Assembly: GCA_964394685.1 (NCBI GenBank)
Contig: CAYMYO010000002.1
Location: forward strand, 34,148 to 98,147
Length of the DNA stretch: 64,000 bases
Reading direction: 5' to 3'
From: an uncultured Gammaproteobacteria bacterium
Lineage (GTDB): Bacteria > Patescibacteriota > Microgenomatia > UBA10105 > UBA927
The stretch's first letter is position 1, and the number at the start of each line of letters is the position of its first letter. The notes under the pieces were generated by a model. It did no database searches. It was not told the DNA's origin and saw only the letters and a list, made by a program, of their open reading frames with translations. Below, piece by piece: positions 8,916 through 20,477 of this stretch. The position numbers were made by a program, and so were the translations under genes.

Positions 8916-9971
8916 TCATACTTCAACGGATAAATCCGGAACTGCTTCGATAGTGTGCCAGTTAACAGGAGTTCCACGGAAGAATGCATAGCTTCCAATA
9001 TATGCGGCGTTATCCGTGCAGAGCGCGACGGGAGGGCAATGGAAATTAAAAGGTAATTTCTGAAACTTTTTACGAAGTCTTAGATTTGCAGCAACACCGC
9101 CGCCAATTAAAATCGATGAAGCGTTATGCAATTCAGCTGCTTTTATTGTTTTTGCTACCAATACATCAGTAATTGCTTCTTGGACTTCATACGCAAATTC
9201 ACTTTGCAATACTTTTTCTGATTTGGATCCTGAAACAAGTTCAGGATGACAAGCATGCCATGTTCTCATGATTGCAGTTTTGAGTCCTGAAAACGAAAAA
9301 TTGAGTGTATCGTCATGAAGGAGTGGGCGGGGTAATTGTATTTTGTATTTAGTATTTTGTATTTTGTATAACGAGGCAGATTCTTGGATTGCGAGACCTC
9401 CTCGGGAACCAAATCCCAAAAGCCGGGCAGTTTTGTCAAACGCCTCTCCAGCTGCATCATCAATAGTTCCTCCGAGCCATTTCAATTCTTTAACACTATT
9501 CATGAGAAATAGTTCTGTGTGTCCACCTGAGACAACAAGACCGATTGCTGGAAATGCAATTGGACAGTCCCTCGACTTCGCTCGGGACGAATTTTCATTC
9601 GAAGACGAAAGAAAATTCGCATACAAATGAGCAAGAACATGATTAACTGGAATAAGAGGTTTTTTGGTCACATATGCAATTGTTTTAGCAGTTTCAACAC
9701 CAATAAGAAGTGATCCGATGAGTCCCGGACCGATGGTAACTGCAATTGCGTCAATTGAATCATACATGAGATGAGCTTCTTCCAACGCTTCTTGAATCGT
9801 CGGGAGAATACATTTTAATTGTTCCCGCGATGCTACTTCCGGTACAATCCCGCCATATTTTTCATGCATGGCAGAAGATGATGCTATGACATTACTTAGA
9901 ATTGTTGTTCCGTCTTTTATAACAGCAGAAGCTGTTTCATCACAGGATGATTCAATTGCGAGTATGGTCAT
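8916..9971 (-). CDS. tsaD: tRNA t6A threonylcarbamoyltransferase TsaD, with three repeat-derived inserts
   Basis: ILAIESSCDET, VNHVLAH, VSGGHT, DDAAGEAFDK, FSFSGLKT and CTDNAAYI motifs. Confidence 0.97.
   Translation of the reverse strand: MTILAIESSCDETASAVIKDGTTILSNVIASSSAMHEKYGGIVPEVASREQLKCILPTIQEALEEAHLMYDSIDAIAVTIGPGLIGSLLIGVETAKTIAYVTKKPLIPVNHVLAHLYANFLSSSNENSSRAKSRDCPIAFPAIGLVVSGGHTELFLMNSVKELKWLGGTIDDAAGEAFDKTARLLGFGSRGGLAIQESASLYKIQNTKYKIQLPRPLLHDDTLNFSFSGLKTAIMRTWHACHPELVSGSKSEKVLQSEFAYEVQEAITDVLVAKTIKAAELHNASSILIGGGVAANLRLRKKFQKLPFNFHCPPVALCTDNAAYIGSYAFFRGTPVNWHTIEAVPDLSVEV
9225..9251. repeat. Family A half-element in frame in tsaD (CHPELVSGS)
   Basis: GGATCCTGAAACAAGTTCAGGATGACA, 27 nt. 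Confidence 0.9.
9336..9370. repeat. Heptamer tandem array (TTGTATT)x5 in tsaD
   Basis: Encodes YKIQNTKYKIQ. Confidence 0.9.
9567..9590. repeat. Family E hairpin in frame in tsaD (SSRAKSRD)
   Basis: GTCCCTCGACTTCGCTCGGGAC; its reverse complement matches 17497-17520. Confidence 0.85.
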
Positions 9972-11112
9972 AGGATTTAAGTTTTATGCTGATGTAAAGC
10001 ACGGATAACATGAGAAACTGGACGACAATGAGAGCTTTCGCAGGTCCTACAGAATCAGCGATGAATCCCAAGATAGGCGAGAATAGTCCGTAGAACACAT
10101 TGCCGAAGAAGGAATTTATTGATGCGAGGGTCGCCCTCTGTCCCTCGGAATATTCTTTCTGCATGAGGTTGTTGATGCTGACTTCCTTTGCTCCGTAAAA
10201 AAGCGAAGCGGATGCTGTAATGACCGGTGAAAAAACAGTCGGGACTCCGTAAGCAATGAAATTGATAACACGTGTATATGCATACGTGACGATGAGGATA
10301 TTATACTGGCCGATTTTCCGGATAATCTTGCCGCTGAACCAGAAGCTTAAAAATGCCGCGCCAAATGACAGCATTCTCGAAAACCCGATTGCCCAGAGAG
10401 GCCAGAGTGTGCCGATGAACGCGGCATTGAAATGAAAAGATGACTCGCCGATGCCGTAGCTAACGATATCCGCAAGAGAAAGAAGCCTGAGTTTTTTATT
10501 GTTCCACAGGCGGAGCGATGAAATGCGTATGTGGGAAAAAATATTTGCTTTTTCCCGTGACGTTTTTTCCGGTTCCCGAAGAAAGAGGGATATGAAAAAA
10601 CACAAGAACTGGGGAACTACCGAGAGCCACATGACGAGGGAAAACGATTGCGCCGCAAGCACACTTCCGACAACCGCCCCGACCATGAGGGCGATCTGAA
10701 ACATGGATTTTGTTTTTCCAAGATAATGGGAGAATGTCTCTTTTTTTCTGGATTCCCTAAGAGAGTCGTAGAGGAAAGCATCATTGTTTCCGCTGTACCA
10801 GGAGCGGGATAGTCCTTCAAGAAGCGCTCCGATAAAAAGTGGCCAGTACGAACCTCCTATTGCGTAAAAAACAGCAGAGACGGCTGCTGAAAATGCGCCG
10901 AGCATGACAGTTTTTTTCCGTCCGATCATGTCTGAAAAAATTCCTGTCGGTACTTCAAAAATTGCTGACGAAACCATAATAGCGGAAAAAAGGCTCATAG
11001 CAAGCGTATACGAGCCGGTTATTTTTGCAAAATAAATGACCAGTACGGCACTATGAAATTTAAAATCCGTAAAGAAGTTAAATAGTGCGAGTAGCTTGAT
11101 ATTTCGCTCCAT
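9952..11112 (-). CDS. MFS transporter
   Basis: About 12 TM helices and FEVPTGIFSDMIGRKK motif A. Confidence 0.9.
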   Translation of the reverse strand: MERNIKLLALFNFFTDFKFHSAVLVIYFAKITGSYTLAMSLFSAIMVSSAIFEVPTGIFSDMIGRKKTVMLGAFSAAVSAVFYAIGGSYWPLFIGALLEGLSRSWYSGNNDAFLYDSLRESRKKETFSHYLGKTKSMFQIALMVGAVVGSVLAAQSFSLVMWLSVVPQFLCFFISLFLREPEKTSREKANIFSHIRISSLRLWNNKKLRLLSLADIVSYGIGESSFHFNAAFIGTLWPLWAIGFSRMLSFGAAFLSFWFSGKIIRKIGQYNILIVTYAYTRVINFIAYGVPTVFSPVITASASLFYGAKEVSINNLMQKEYSEGQRATLASINSFFGNVFYGLFSPILGFIADSVGPAKALIVVQFLMLSVLYISIKLKSYDHTRN

Positions 11113-11123
11113 ATTAGTCTATT

Positions 11124-11540
11124 TTACTCAACTTCGAGGGATTTGGCGAGTGAAGTAGTGGAAATGTTGGGAATGCGAGGGATAATAACTGCTTTAGCGC
11201 TAATTAATTCTGCCTGTTTTTGTTTTTTTTCAAGTATTGGGTCTCCTTCTGTTAAGGCAATAATATCTGGACGAATATTTTTTATGACGTCAAAATATTC
11301 TTCATCTGTTTTAAGCGGAGAAATTGAAATAACTTCGTCAACAAATTTGATAGCAAGAAGCATTTTTTTCCGTTCCTCTTGGGTGTGGACCGGTCGATGT
11401 TCTCCTTTTAATTTTTTTATCGTTTCATCGGACTCTAACAGTACCGCAAGTTTGTCACCCAGTTTTTTCGCCTCTTCCAAAAAATATATATGACCGATAT
11501 GAATAAGATCAAAACATCCGCCCACCAAAACTGTTTTCAT
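11124..11540 (-). CDS. Cytidylyltransferase-family protein (RibL/TagD-like)
   Basis: GGCFDLIHIGH (HxGH) and ISTT motifs. Confidence 0.85.
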   Translation of the reverse strand: MKTVLVGGCFDLIHIGHIYFLEEAKKLGDKLAVLLESDETIKKLKGEHRPVHTQEERKKMLLAIKFVDEVISISPLKTDEEYFDVIKNIRPDIIALTEGDPILEKKQKQAELISAKAVIIPRIPNISTTSLAKSLEVE

Positions 11541-12916
11541 TGTTTTACTCCCTTAAGATACACTGCTTGCCAAGGACGGTAATTAGATACGAAGGTTTTT
11601 TCAAATATCACTTTTCCTTCTTTTGTCACGCGATAATCAAACGATGCTTTTGCTCCCCATGCGGCAAAGTCAACTTGTTTGACTGTTCCAACGGGAAGTG
11701 TCGGATCATCTTGATAAAGAGCCGGTGGTGGAGCAGATATTCCTCCGACAACATGATTAAGAATTTCCGCTTTTCTTCCATCAGTTGCTCCATAAAATTC
11801 AAACGCAAGATTAACATTTGCTAAGTCAATTTTTGTTTGGATTAATATATATACAGGAGTATCGTTAATAAATTTCAGATCTTCCGTGGGATTAAACACT
11901 GTTGCATCAAGTCCTGCTTTTGATCCGTCATCTTCATAATAATGAACACGGTATGAATGTGCACTTCGTTCAGTAACGGGAAGTCCTGCGTTGAGCGCTG
12001 CTCGAAATAATGTTGTTGAAACCTGACAAACTCCGCCACCATCACCGAGTACCGTTCTCCCATCTTTAATAATATATGCAGACTGATACCCAGTTGCTGC
12101 TGAGATATCTCCAACCGTGTCATTAAAAGAAAACGTTGTTCCTGGGGGAATAAGCACTCCATTGAGTTTTGCTGCAGCAAGAGCGACATTATGTATGCGC
12201 CCTGCGATAGATCCCGGAAATTCAGAATATCCGCGACCAATGAGTTCCTTAATACCAAATGAATTTGTTTGCTTCGTTGAGATGATTGGTTCAATTGTGT
12301 CAATTGGAATTGGTAGAATAATCAGTTTTGTGTTTGTTTGGATTGCTGATAAAAGGGCTTCTACAAATCGTTCTCGCAGTTTTTGAACATGTACCACTCT
12401 CCCTTTTTTTGATGGTTTAAAGGCAATAACCTTTCCTTTTGTAAATTGGAAGAGCGCGTTTTCCACTGGAATATTGATCGTTTCTGATATAGATGTAATA
12501 AACTGGTCTACCGCATCCGTATCCCATCGAAGTGAAGGGGGCAGATTGATTGGTTGTTTAAAATACCGCTGTCTTATGTTACTTAAAAAATGTTTTGACC
12601 GTCCGACTGATAGTGCTTGCGTTGCAGAAAGCGTGGCATCATATGATAAACCAAGTGTCTCTGCTGAAAGTGTTGCTATGTGAGATTCGAAGCGAAATTC
12701 AAATTGAATATTCGTAAGAGTGTTGTTTTTGTCGAGCCAAAATATCTCAACTTCTTTTTGTGTTTTTCCTCCAAATGGAACGTTTCCGATTGAAACAGTT
12801 GGGTAAACACGATTCAAATATGAGGTCTCAAATTTCCATACGTATCCGGCACATACGCCAAAAACGATCATGATGATCGAACAAACGATTATAGCCTTGT
12901 GGTTTCTTTTTTGCAT
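11537..12916 (-). CDS. VanW family protein with peptidoglycan-binding domain
   Basis: N-terminal TM, GGGVCQVSTTLFRAAL and GLDATV motifs. Confidence 0.9.
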   Translation of the reverse strand: MQKRNHKAIIVCSIIMIVFGVCAGYVWKFETSYLNRVYPTVSIGNVPFGGKTQKEVEIFWLDKNNTLTNIQFEFRFESHIATLSAETLGLSYDATLSATQALSVGRSKHFLSNIRQRYFKQPINLPPSLRWDTDAVDQFITSISETINIPVENALFQFTKGKVIAFKPSKKGRVVHVQKLRERFVEALLSAIQTNTKLIILPIPIDTIEPIISTKQTNSFGIKELIGRGYSEFPGSIAGRIHNVALAAAKLNGVLIPPGTTFSFNDTVGDISAATGYQSAYIIKDGRTVLGDGGGVCQVSTTLFRAALNAGLPVTERSAHSYRVHYYEDDGSKAGLDATVFNPTEDLKFINDTPVYILIQTKIDLANVNLAFEFYGATDGRKAEILNHVVGGISAPPPALYQDDPTLPVGTVKQVDFAAWGAKASFDYRVTKEGKVIFEKTFVSNYRPWQAVYLKGVKQ

Positions 12917-13006
12917 GGTATGATTATTGTATACTACGAAAACTTAAATACGAAATACGTTTTCTCAGTATGCACCCATCTAATCAGCTTTTTCGCTTAA
13001 GAAAGC

Positions 13007-13049
13007 TGTCCTTCGATAATACTCAGGATCCTGAGCCTGTCGAAGGACA
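13007..13049. repeat. Family E head-to-head dimer palindrome in a divergent intergenic region
   Basis: TGTCCTTCGA-TAATA-CTCAGGATCCTGAG-CCTG-TCGAAGGACA. Confidence 0.85.
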
Positions 13050-13061
13050 AACCTGAGTAAG

Positions 13062-14552
13062 ATGGGTACACACGATTTTTTTATGATGACGCCAGTAACA
13101 AGTGCAAACGCGCAACCACAAGGGGAAATTACATTCAAACCAGAAACGGTTGTTGTGCCACCACAAAGCAACACTCCTTCAGCGATTGTTCCGGAGGTTC
13201 CACAATCTTCTTCACCTGTTCCACCACCTAATCCATGGCCGAAACGAATAATTGCATTTATTATTATCATTATTCTTATCATCGGCGCTGTCTTTGGAGG
13301 ACGATTTATATTTGGTATGTTGGAAGGATCAAAACAAGTAACAATTACCTATTGGGGATTATGGGAAAGTGATGCAATTGTAAGGCCGCTCATTACCTCG
13401 TTTGAATCAACGCATCCAAAAATTAAAGTGCAATATATCAAGCAGTCACATAAACAATATAGAGAACGGTTGCAAGCTGCAATTACTCGTGGAGAAGGTC
13501 CGGATGTATTTCGTTTTCATAATACTTGGGTTCCAATGCTTGTTCAAGAATTACAACCAGTTCCAGAAACTGTCATGACAACAAGTGAATTTCAAAGCAC
13601 GTTTTTTCCTGTCGCTTCCAATGATCTTATTGGCGGAACAACTATGTATGGAATACCGCTCATGATTGACGGACTGGGACTCTATTACAATGAAGATTTA
13701 TTTGCTCGGGCTGGAATAACGACACCACCGACTACATGGGCAGAGGTGTTGGCAATGATACCAAAAATTGCAAAGCCCGAAGGAGAAACGTTTGCGGTGT
13801 CGGCGATTGCTTTAGGGACAACCAATAATGTGGAGCATTATTCGGATATTCTGGCAACCATGTTTATGCAAAATGGAGCAAATCTCACTGCTCCAACAGG
13901 TAAAGAAGCGGAAGAAACACTTTTATTCTACAGAAAATTTTCAAATCCGAATGATCCGCTCTATACATGGAACGAAACAATGGATAATTCCATTTATGCA
14001 TTTGCATCCGGAAAAGTTGCCATGATCCTTGCCCCTTCATGGCGAGCATTTGATATAGCCGACACGAATCCTTCATTACGATTTAAAATTGCTCCCATTC
14101 CGCAATTACCGGGAAATACAGTAAATTGGGCCTCATATTGGGTAGAAGGAGTTTCTTCAAAAAGTAAATATCCAGCCCAAGCCATGGAATTTATGAAATT
14201 TTTGACAAGTAAAGAAGGAGCAACTATCCTGTATTCAGAAGAAGTCAAAGCAAGGAAATTATTTGGAGAACCATATGCGCGCATGGAACTCGCAAGCTCT
14301 TTAACAAACGATCCGTATGCAGGAGCGTATGTGACTCAAGGAAAGGATGCGCGATCATTTCCACTTGCATCCCGGACATTTGATAACGGACTGAATGATA
14401 AACTCATTAAGTATTTAGAGGACGCATTAAACGCTTTAAAAACAGGATCGTCACCAACTGCGGAACTTGAAACAATGAAACTGGGGTTTCAACAAATATT
14501 TACGACTTACGGGCTTACAACAAATACCACCTCTGCCCAACAACAGCCATAA
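13062..14552 (+). CDS. Membrane-anchored sugar-type extracellular solute-binding protein (start uncertain)
   Basis: Pro-rich N-terminus, TM, ITYWGLWE, GEGPDVF and LYYNEDLF motifs. Confidence 0.85.
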   Translation: MGTHDFFMMTPVTSANAQPQGEITFKPETVVVPPQSNTPSAIVPEVPQSSSPVPPPNPWPKRIIAFIIIIILIIGAVFGGRFIFGMLEGSKQVTITYWGLWESDAIVRPLITSFESTHPKIKVQYIKQSHKQYRERLQAAITRGEGPDVFRFHNTWVPMLVQELQPVPETVMTTSEFQSTFFPVASNDLIGGTTMYGIPLMIDGLGLYYNEDLFARAGITTPPTTWAEVLAMIPKIAKPEGETFAVSAIALGTTNNVEHYSDILATMFMQNGANLTAPTGKEAEETLLFYRKFSNPNDPLYTWNETMDNSIYAFASGKVAMILAPSWRAFDIADTNPSLRFKIAPIPQLPGNTVNWASYWVEGVSSKSKYPAQAMEFMKFLTSKEGATILYSEEVKARKLFGEPYARMELASSLTNDPYAGAYVTQGKDARSFPLASRTFDNGLNDKLIKYLEDALNALKTGSSPTAELETMKLGFQQIFTTYGLTTNTTSAQQQP

Positions 14553-15460
14553 TGATAGTATCAATGAGGTCACGTATTCTTGCTGCTATTTTATATGCTG
14601 ATATTTTTCACTACCCACTGACTATCCGCGAGCTCACGCAGTGGATAGTGTCTGATACACCAATTTCTCCTCGTGTCATACAAAACCACATAAAGAAGCT
14701 TGTGAAAAAAAATAAAATAGGGTACACACCACCGTTTCTTTATGTGTCTGGTCACAAAAAAACAATTCAATTTCGCATTGAAAGGCTTGCTGCCTCAACA
14801 AATAAATGGCAAAGAATTCGTAAAACTGTGAAAATTCTTACGTATATTCCAACGATCTGTTTGGTTGGGGTGACTGGGGGACTTGCGGTAAATAATGCTA
14901 ATAACCAAGATGATATCGACCTTCTCATCATTGCCCGGCACAATACATTGTGGGTGACACGGTTTCTTACGACACTATGTATTGAGCTATTCTCAAAAAG
15001 AAGGCATCCAAGAGATATACACGTTGTTAATGCTATTTGTCTAAACATGTTTTTGACTGATAAATCGCTTCAAATACCACAAAAAGAACAAGGATGGTAT
15101 ACAGCGCATGAAGTGTTGCAAATGGTTCCTCTATGGCAAAGAAACAATATGTATATGAAATACCTTCGTGCGAATAGTTGGACACAAAAGTGGTTTACCC
15201 GACGATACGAATTCCAAAAGCAGATTCAAATACCTTCGTACAATACTAGAAACAACAATATCAAATGGTATCAGGTGTTGGAACAACCACTCAAGGTATT
15301 TCAATTATGGTATATGAGGAAAAGAAGGACTACGGAGGTGGTTTCTGAATCAGTTATTAGGTTTCACCCGAACGATGCCCGTATATGGATACGGAAATCA
15401 TTCCTCACGAAACTTCGCCTGTATAAAGTTCCTCTTGACAAGAAGCATAATCAAATTTAA
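14552..15460 (+). CDS. Nucleotidyltransferase-fold hypothetical protein
   Basis: GVTGGLA...DDIDLLII Pol-beta-type motif. Confidence 0.65.
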   Translation: MIVSMRSRILAAILYADIFHYPLTIRELTQWIVSDTPISPRVIQNHIKKLVKKNKIGYTPPFLYVSGHKKTIQFRIERLAASTNKWQRIRKTVKILTYIPTICLVGVTGGLAVNNANNQDDIDLLIIARHNTLWVTRFLTTLCIELFSKRRHPRDIHVVNAICLNMFLTDKSLQIPQKEQGWYTAHEVLQMVPLWQRNNMYMKYLRANSWTQKWFTRRYEFQKQIQIPSYNTRNNNIKWYQVLEQPLKVFQLWYMRKRRTTEVVSESVIRFHPNDARIWIRKSFLTKLRLYKVPLDKKHNQI

Positions 15461-15488
15461 AATAGCAGTCACTCAAAAAGAGTGCCAA
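15435..15488 (+). promoter_or_regulatory. Sigma70 promoter plus CIRCE operator of groESL
   Basis: TTGACA(15435)-N17-TAAAAT(15458), and ATAGCAGTC-N9-GAGTGCCAA (15462-15488) versus consensus TTAGCACTC-N9-GAGTGCTAA. Confidence 0.88.
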
Positions 15489-15524
15489 AAAATTACAGAG
15501 TTACTTTTTCTAGAGGAGGTTTGT

Positions 15525-17481
<1,957 letters not shown>

Positions 17482-17496
17482 GAACTGTAAGTTCGA

Positions 17497-17520
17497 AATC
17501 CCGAGCGGAGTCGAGGGATT
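17497..17520. repeat. Family E hairpin downstream of groEL
   Basis: AATCCCGAGCGGAGTCGAGGGATT. Confidence 0.8.
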
Positions 17521-17544
17521 AAGTTTGATTTTATTGTATTAACT

Positions 17545-17572
17545 CAAAAACCCCGGGAAACCGGGGTTTTTG
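17545..17572 (+). terminator. Intrinsic (bidirectional-type) terminator after groEL
   Basis: CAAAAA-CCCCGG-GAAA-CCGGGG-TTTTTG. Confidence 0.92.
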
Positions 17573-17579
17573 TTAAGAT

Positions 17580-18413
17580 ATGAATAATTTTAGAAAAATT
17601 ATTAATATAACAAAAGGGCCTTTAAATTATTTTAGTAGCTTATTTCAAGTTATTCAGACTTTATATACAATAGTGTTATCTTTAATACTTTTTTATAACT
17701 CACCAATTACCTTAGATTTGCGTTATAGAATTTTATTTTTGAATCCACTAATTAAATCTGCCTTACTTCTATTATTATTTTTTTCCTTTTATTTTTGGAT
17801 AAAAAATATATTTGAAAAAACTCTGTTCATCCTCGAAAGCAATAAATTTAATGCGGGATTAGTAAAAAATATAGATTCAAATACAGGCTTAATGATAGAT
17901 GACTATCATAATATTCTTCCACCCAATAGAATAGTTGTTGAAATTTATAACCAGTTTTATTCGAGAGCAATAAAATGGTCTAAAGACTGTTATCTTGCAA
18001 ATTCAATTTTAGATATATTTTACAATAAAAAAAATATATCAATTAGTATTAAATTCGAATTTTTTTCGCCGAGTAAAAAATCAACAATTGAATTTCATTC
18101 AACAGATCTAAAAATTCCTCAAACAACTAGACTAGAACCAACTCAGCTACAAAAGGAAGACTTCAGAGTAAAATTTGTTCCCTTTTTTAACGAAAAATCT
18201 TGGAGAAGGCTCGTTGTAAATATTTTAGGCTTAGTTGAAAATGAAATAGCGGGGAGAGATTTTTATTTGTCTGTTGGTAGTGAGGTATTTGGGTCTACTA
18301 GAGTCTATTTAGATGCAGGATTTATTCCAAAAAAGGTTTTTACATATTATTTTAAAGATAGAAAGATATATCGTGACTTAAGTTGTACTGATCTGGTAAA
18401 ATTTGAATTGTAA
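17580..18413 (+). CDS. Hypothetical membrane protein, very AT-rich
   Basis: Two N-terminal TM segments and visibly lower GC than neighbours. Confidence 0.65.
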   Translation: MNNFRKIINITKGPLNYFSSLFQVIQTLYTIVLSLILFYNSPITLDLRYRILFLNPLIKSALLLLLFFSFYFWIKNIFEKTLFILESNKFNAGLVKNIDSNTGLMIDDYHNILPPNRIVVEIYNQFYSRAIKWSKDCYLANSILDIFYNKKNISISIKFEFFSPSKKSTIEFHSTDLKIPQTTRLEPTQLQKEDFRVKFVPFFNEKSWRRLVVNILGLVENEIAGRDFYLSVGSEVFGSTRVYLDAGFIPKKVFTYYFKDRKIYRDLSCTDLVKFEL

Positions 18414-18433
18414 TTTATTAGTTCCATAACATT

Positions 18434-18871
18434 ATGAAACCGGGAATTGATTATATCGGCGTATCCGTTGGAGCAATCATTTTCAATGATGAAGGGAAAA
18501 TCCTTTTATGTAAACGAAGTCAGAATGCAAAAAATGAACGTGGATGTTGGGAAGCTCCAGGAGGTGCAGTTGAATTTGGAGAAACATTGGAACACGCAAT
18601 TGTCCGCGAGATAAAAGAAGAGTTAGGTGTTGAACTCAAGTTATTAAAACAGATGCCGGCGGCCAATCACATTATTCCAGCTGAACACCAACATTGGATA
18701 CCATCTGCTTTTATTTCTCGTATTAAAGACGGAAAAAAACCAAAAATTATGGAACCAGATAAATGTGATGAGATTGGCTGGTTTCCACTCGACAATCTTC
18801 CAAGTCTATTATCTATCATTACCAAAATTGATGTTGACCGATATAAAATGAATAAAGTAGATATTTATTGA
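18434..18871 (+). CDS. NUDIX hydrolase
   Basis: GGAVEFGETLEHAIVREIKEELG Nudix box. Confidence 0.93.
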   Translation: MKPGIDYIGVSVGAIIFNDEGKILLCKRSQNAKNERGCWEAPGGAVEFGETLEHAIVREIKEELGVELKLLKQMPAANHIIPAEHQHWIPSAFISRIKDGKKPKIMEPDKCDEIGWFPLDNLPSLLSIITKIDVDRYKMNKVDIY

Positions 18872-18936
18872 TTGACATAATTTCAGTATATGCGGATTTT
18901 ATGTTAATCAGTTGGTGTGAGTAATTAATTAATATT

Positions 18937-19572
18937 ATGAAACAACAAGTTGATTACGTTTCTCAGACCATTGATGTTTATGATGTGATAGCTGATTCGT
19001 ACGCTAAACAAGCGCTCAAGCATGGTCCGGGAGTTCAACGAAGACATTTTTGCTCACTTGTTAAAAAAGGTGGAAAGATTTTGGATGTTGGCTGTGGATC
19101 GGGAAGAGATTGTGCATATTTTGTAACGAAAGGATTTAAAACAGTTGGTGTTGATCTTTCAGATAATCTTCTTGAGATAGCAAAAAAAGCTGTTCCAAGG
19201 GCAACGTTTATAAAACAAGATATTCGAGCGTTGACAGTTGTTCCAAATTCTTTCGACGGCATTTGGTCTTGTACATCACTTCTCCATGTAAAACATGAAG
19301 AAATTCCAGCAACACTCCATGTATGGTTTTCTATATTAAAACCAGGAGGAATCTTATTCATTCATGTAAAAAAAGGAGAAGGTGAAGTTGAGCGAGTAGA
19401 TCCAAGTGTGCCAGGAATTAAACGCTTATTCTCTCTTTTTTTAAAAGAGCAAGTAGAAATGTATTGTAAACAAGCCGGATTTACTGTACTTTCTTGTTAT
19501 GAGGTAGAGGGAAAAGATTATGAGACTGGAAAATCACCAACAAAAATAAGTTGTTTTGCAAAAAAGATATGA
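18937..19572 (+). CDS. Class I SAM-dependent methyltransferase
   Basis: ILDVGCGSGRD and LKPGG motifs. Confidence 0.92.
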   Translation: MKQQVDYVSQTIDVYDVIADSYAKQALKHGPGVQRRHFCSLVKKGGKILDVGCGSGRDCAYFVTKGFKTVGVDLSDNLLEIAKKAVPRATFIKQDIRALTVVPNSFDGIWSCTSLLHVKHEEIPATLHVWFSILKPGGILFIHVKKGEGEVERVDPSVPGIKRLFSLFLKEQVEMYCKQAGFTVLSCYEVEGKDYETGKSPTKISCFAKKI

Positions 19573-20465
19573 AGAAATATTTTTTGACGGAGATAACCAC
19601 AAAAGATAACCTGATTCATCAAGGGATTTATTTTGAACCGAAAGAAAAATCAGATATTGCAATATTGTGGGTGCATGGATTATCGAGTACTTATGCAAGT
19701 CATATTCCGACATGCGATGCATTTGCAGAGATATGCGAAACATATCATGTTGGGTTTGCGGCATTTAATAACAGAGGAGCGAAATTTATTGATGGAATTC
19801 AGAAACATGACCTGTCAAATCCAAAAGGATATATCCATGTTCCTGGAGGAGCAGGACAGGAAAAATTCGAAGACTGTGTCTATGATATCGATGCAGGTAT
19901 TACATTTTTAACGAGTCAGGGATACAATAAAATTATTCTTGTTGGTCGGTCGACAGGTGCAAACAAAGTATGTTTTTATGCAGGGACAGTTTTTGATGCA
20001 CGCGTTGCAGGAGTTGTGCTTATGTCTCCAATTAGTGACCGGTTAGAAATGGTTAAATCACGTCCGGATACAAAAGCTATTATTTCATACATGAAAGAAC
20101 AAATAGCAGCAGGAAAAAGTGATATCCCCATGTTTGGATTTCATTTTTTCCCACTTACCCCTAAACGGTATTTGAGCCTAGTTGAAAAAGGATCAAAAGA
20201 GGATGTGTTTGATTACGGAGATGAAAAACCGAAACTTACGGCATTTTCCAATATTATAAAACCGTTATATGTCATTTTTGGTGGGAACGATGAACATGCA
20301 GATAGACCAGTTGCTGATATTAAAAAGGTTTTTGATGCGCATGCAAAATCAAAAAAATATACAAGCACTATTGTTTCCGGCGCGCTTCATGGTTTTGATG
20401 GTATGGAAAAGCAACTAGCTCGTCTTGTCGGTGAATGGATTGATTGTAGTCTCAAGCTGTGTTAG
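19569..20465 (+). CDS. Alpha/beta hydrolase (DUF1749-like)
   Basis: VHGL oxyanion motif, GRSTG nucleophile elbow and C-terminal His (GALHGF). Confidence 0.85.
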   Translation: MKKYFLTEITTKDNLIHQGIYFEPKEKSDIAILWVHGLSSTYASHIPTCDAFAEICETYHVGFAAFNNRGAKFIDGIQKHDLSNPKGYIHVPGGAGQEKFEDCVYDIDAGITFLTSQGYNKIILVGRSTGANKVCFYAGTVFDARVAGVVLMSPISDRLEMVKSRPDTKAIISYMKEQIAAGKSDIPMFGFHFFPLTPKRYLSLVEKGSKEDVFDYGDEKPKLTAFSNIIKPLYVIFGGNDEHADRPVADIKKVFDAHAKSKKYTSTIVSGALHGFDGMEKQLARLVGEWIDCSLKLC

Positions 20466-20477
20466 TATCGACATGCC

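Noticed and set aside
15375-15524. N-terminally extended GroES as given in the ORF track
   Set aside because: The extension overlaps the promoter and CIRCE, and a strong RBS supports ATG 15525.
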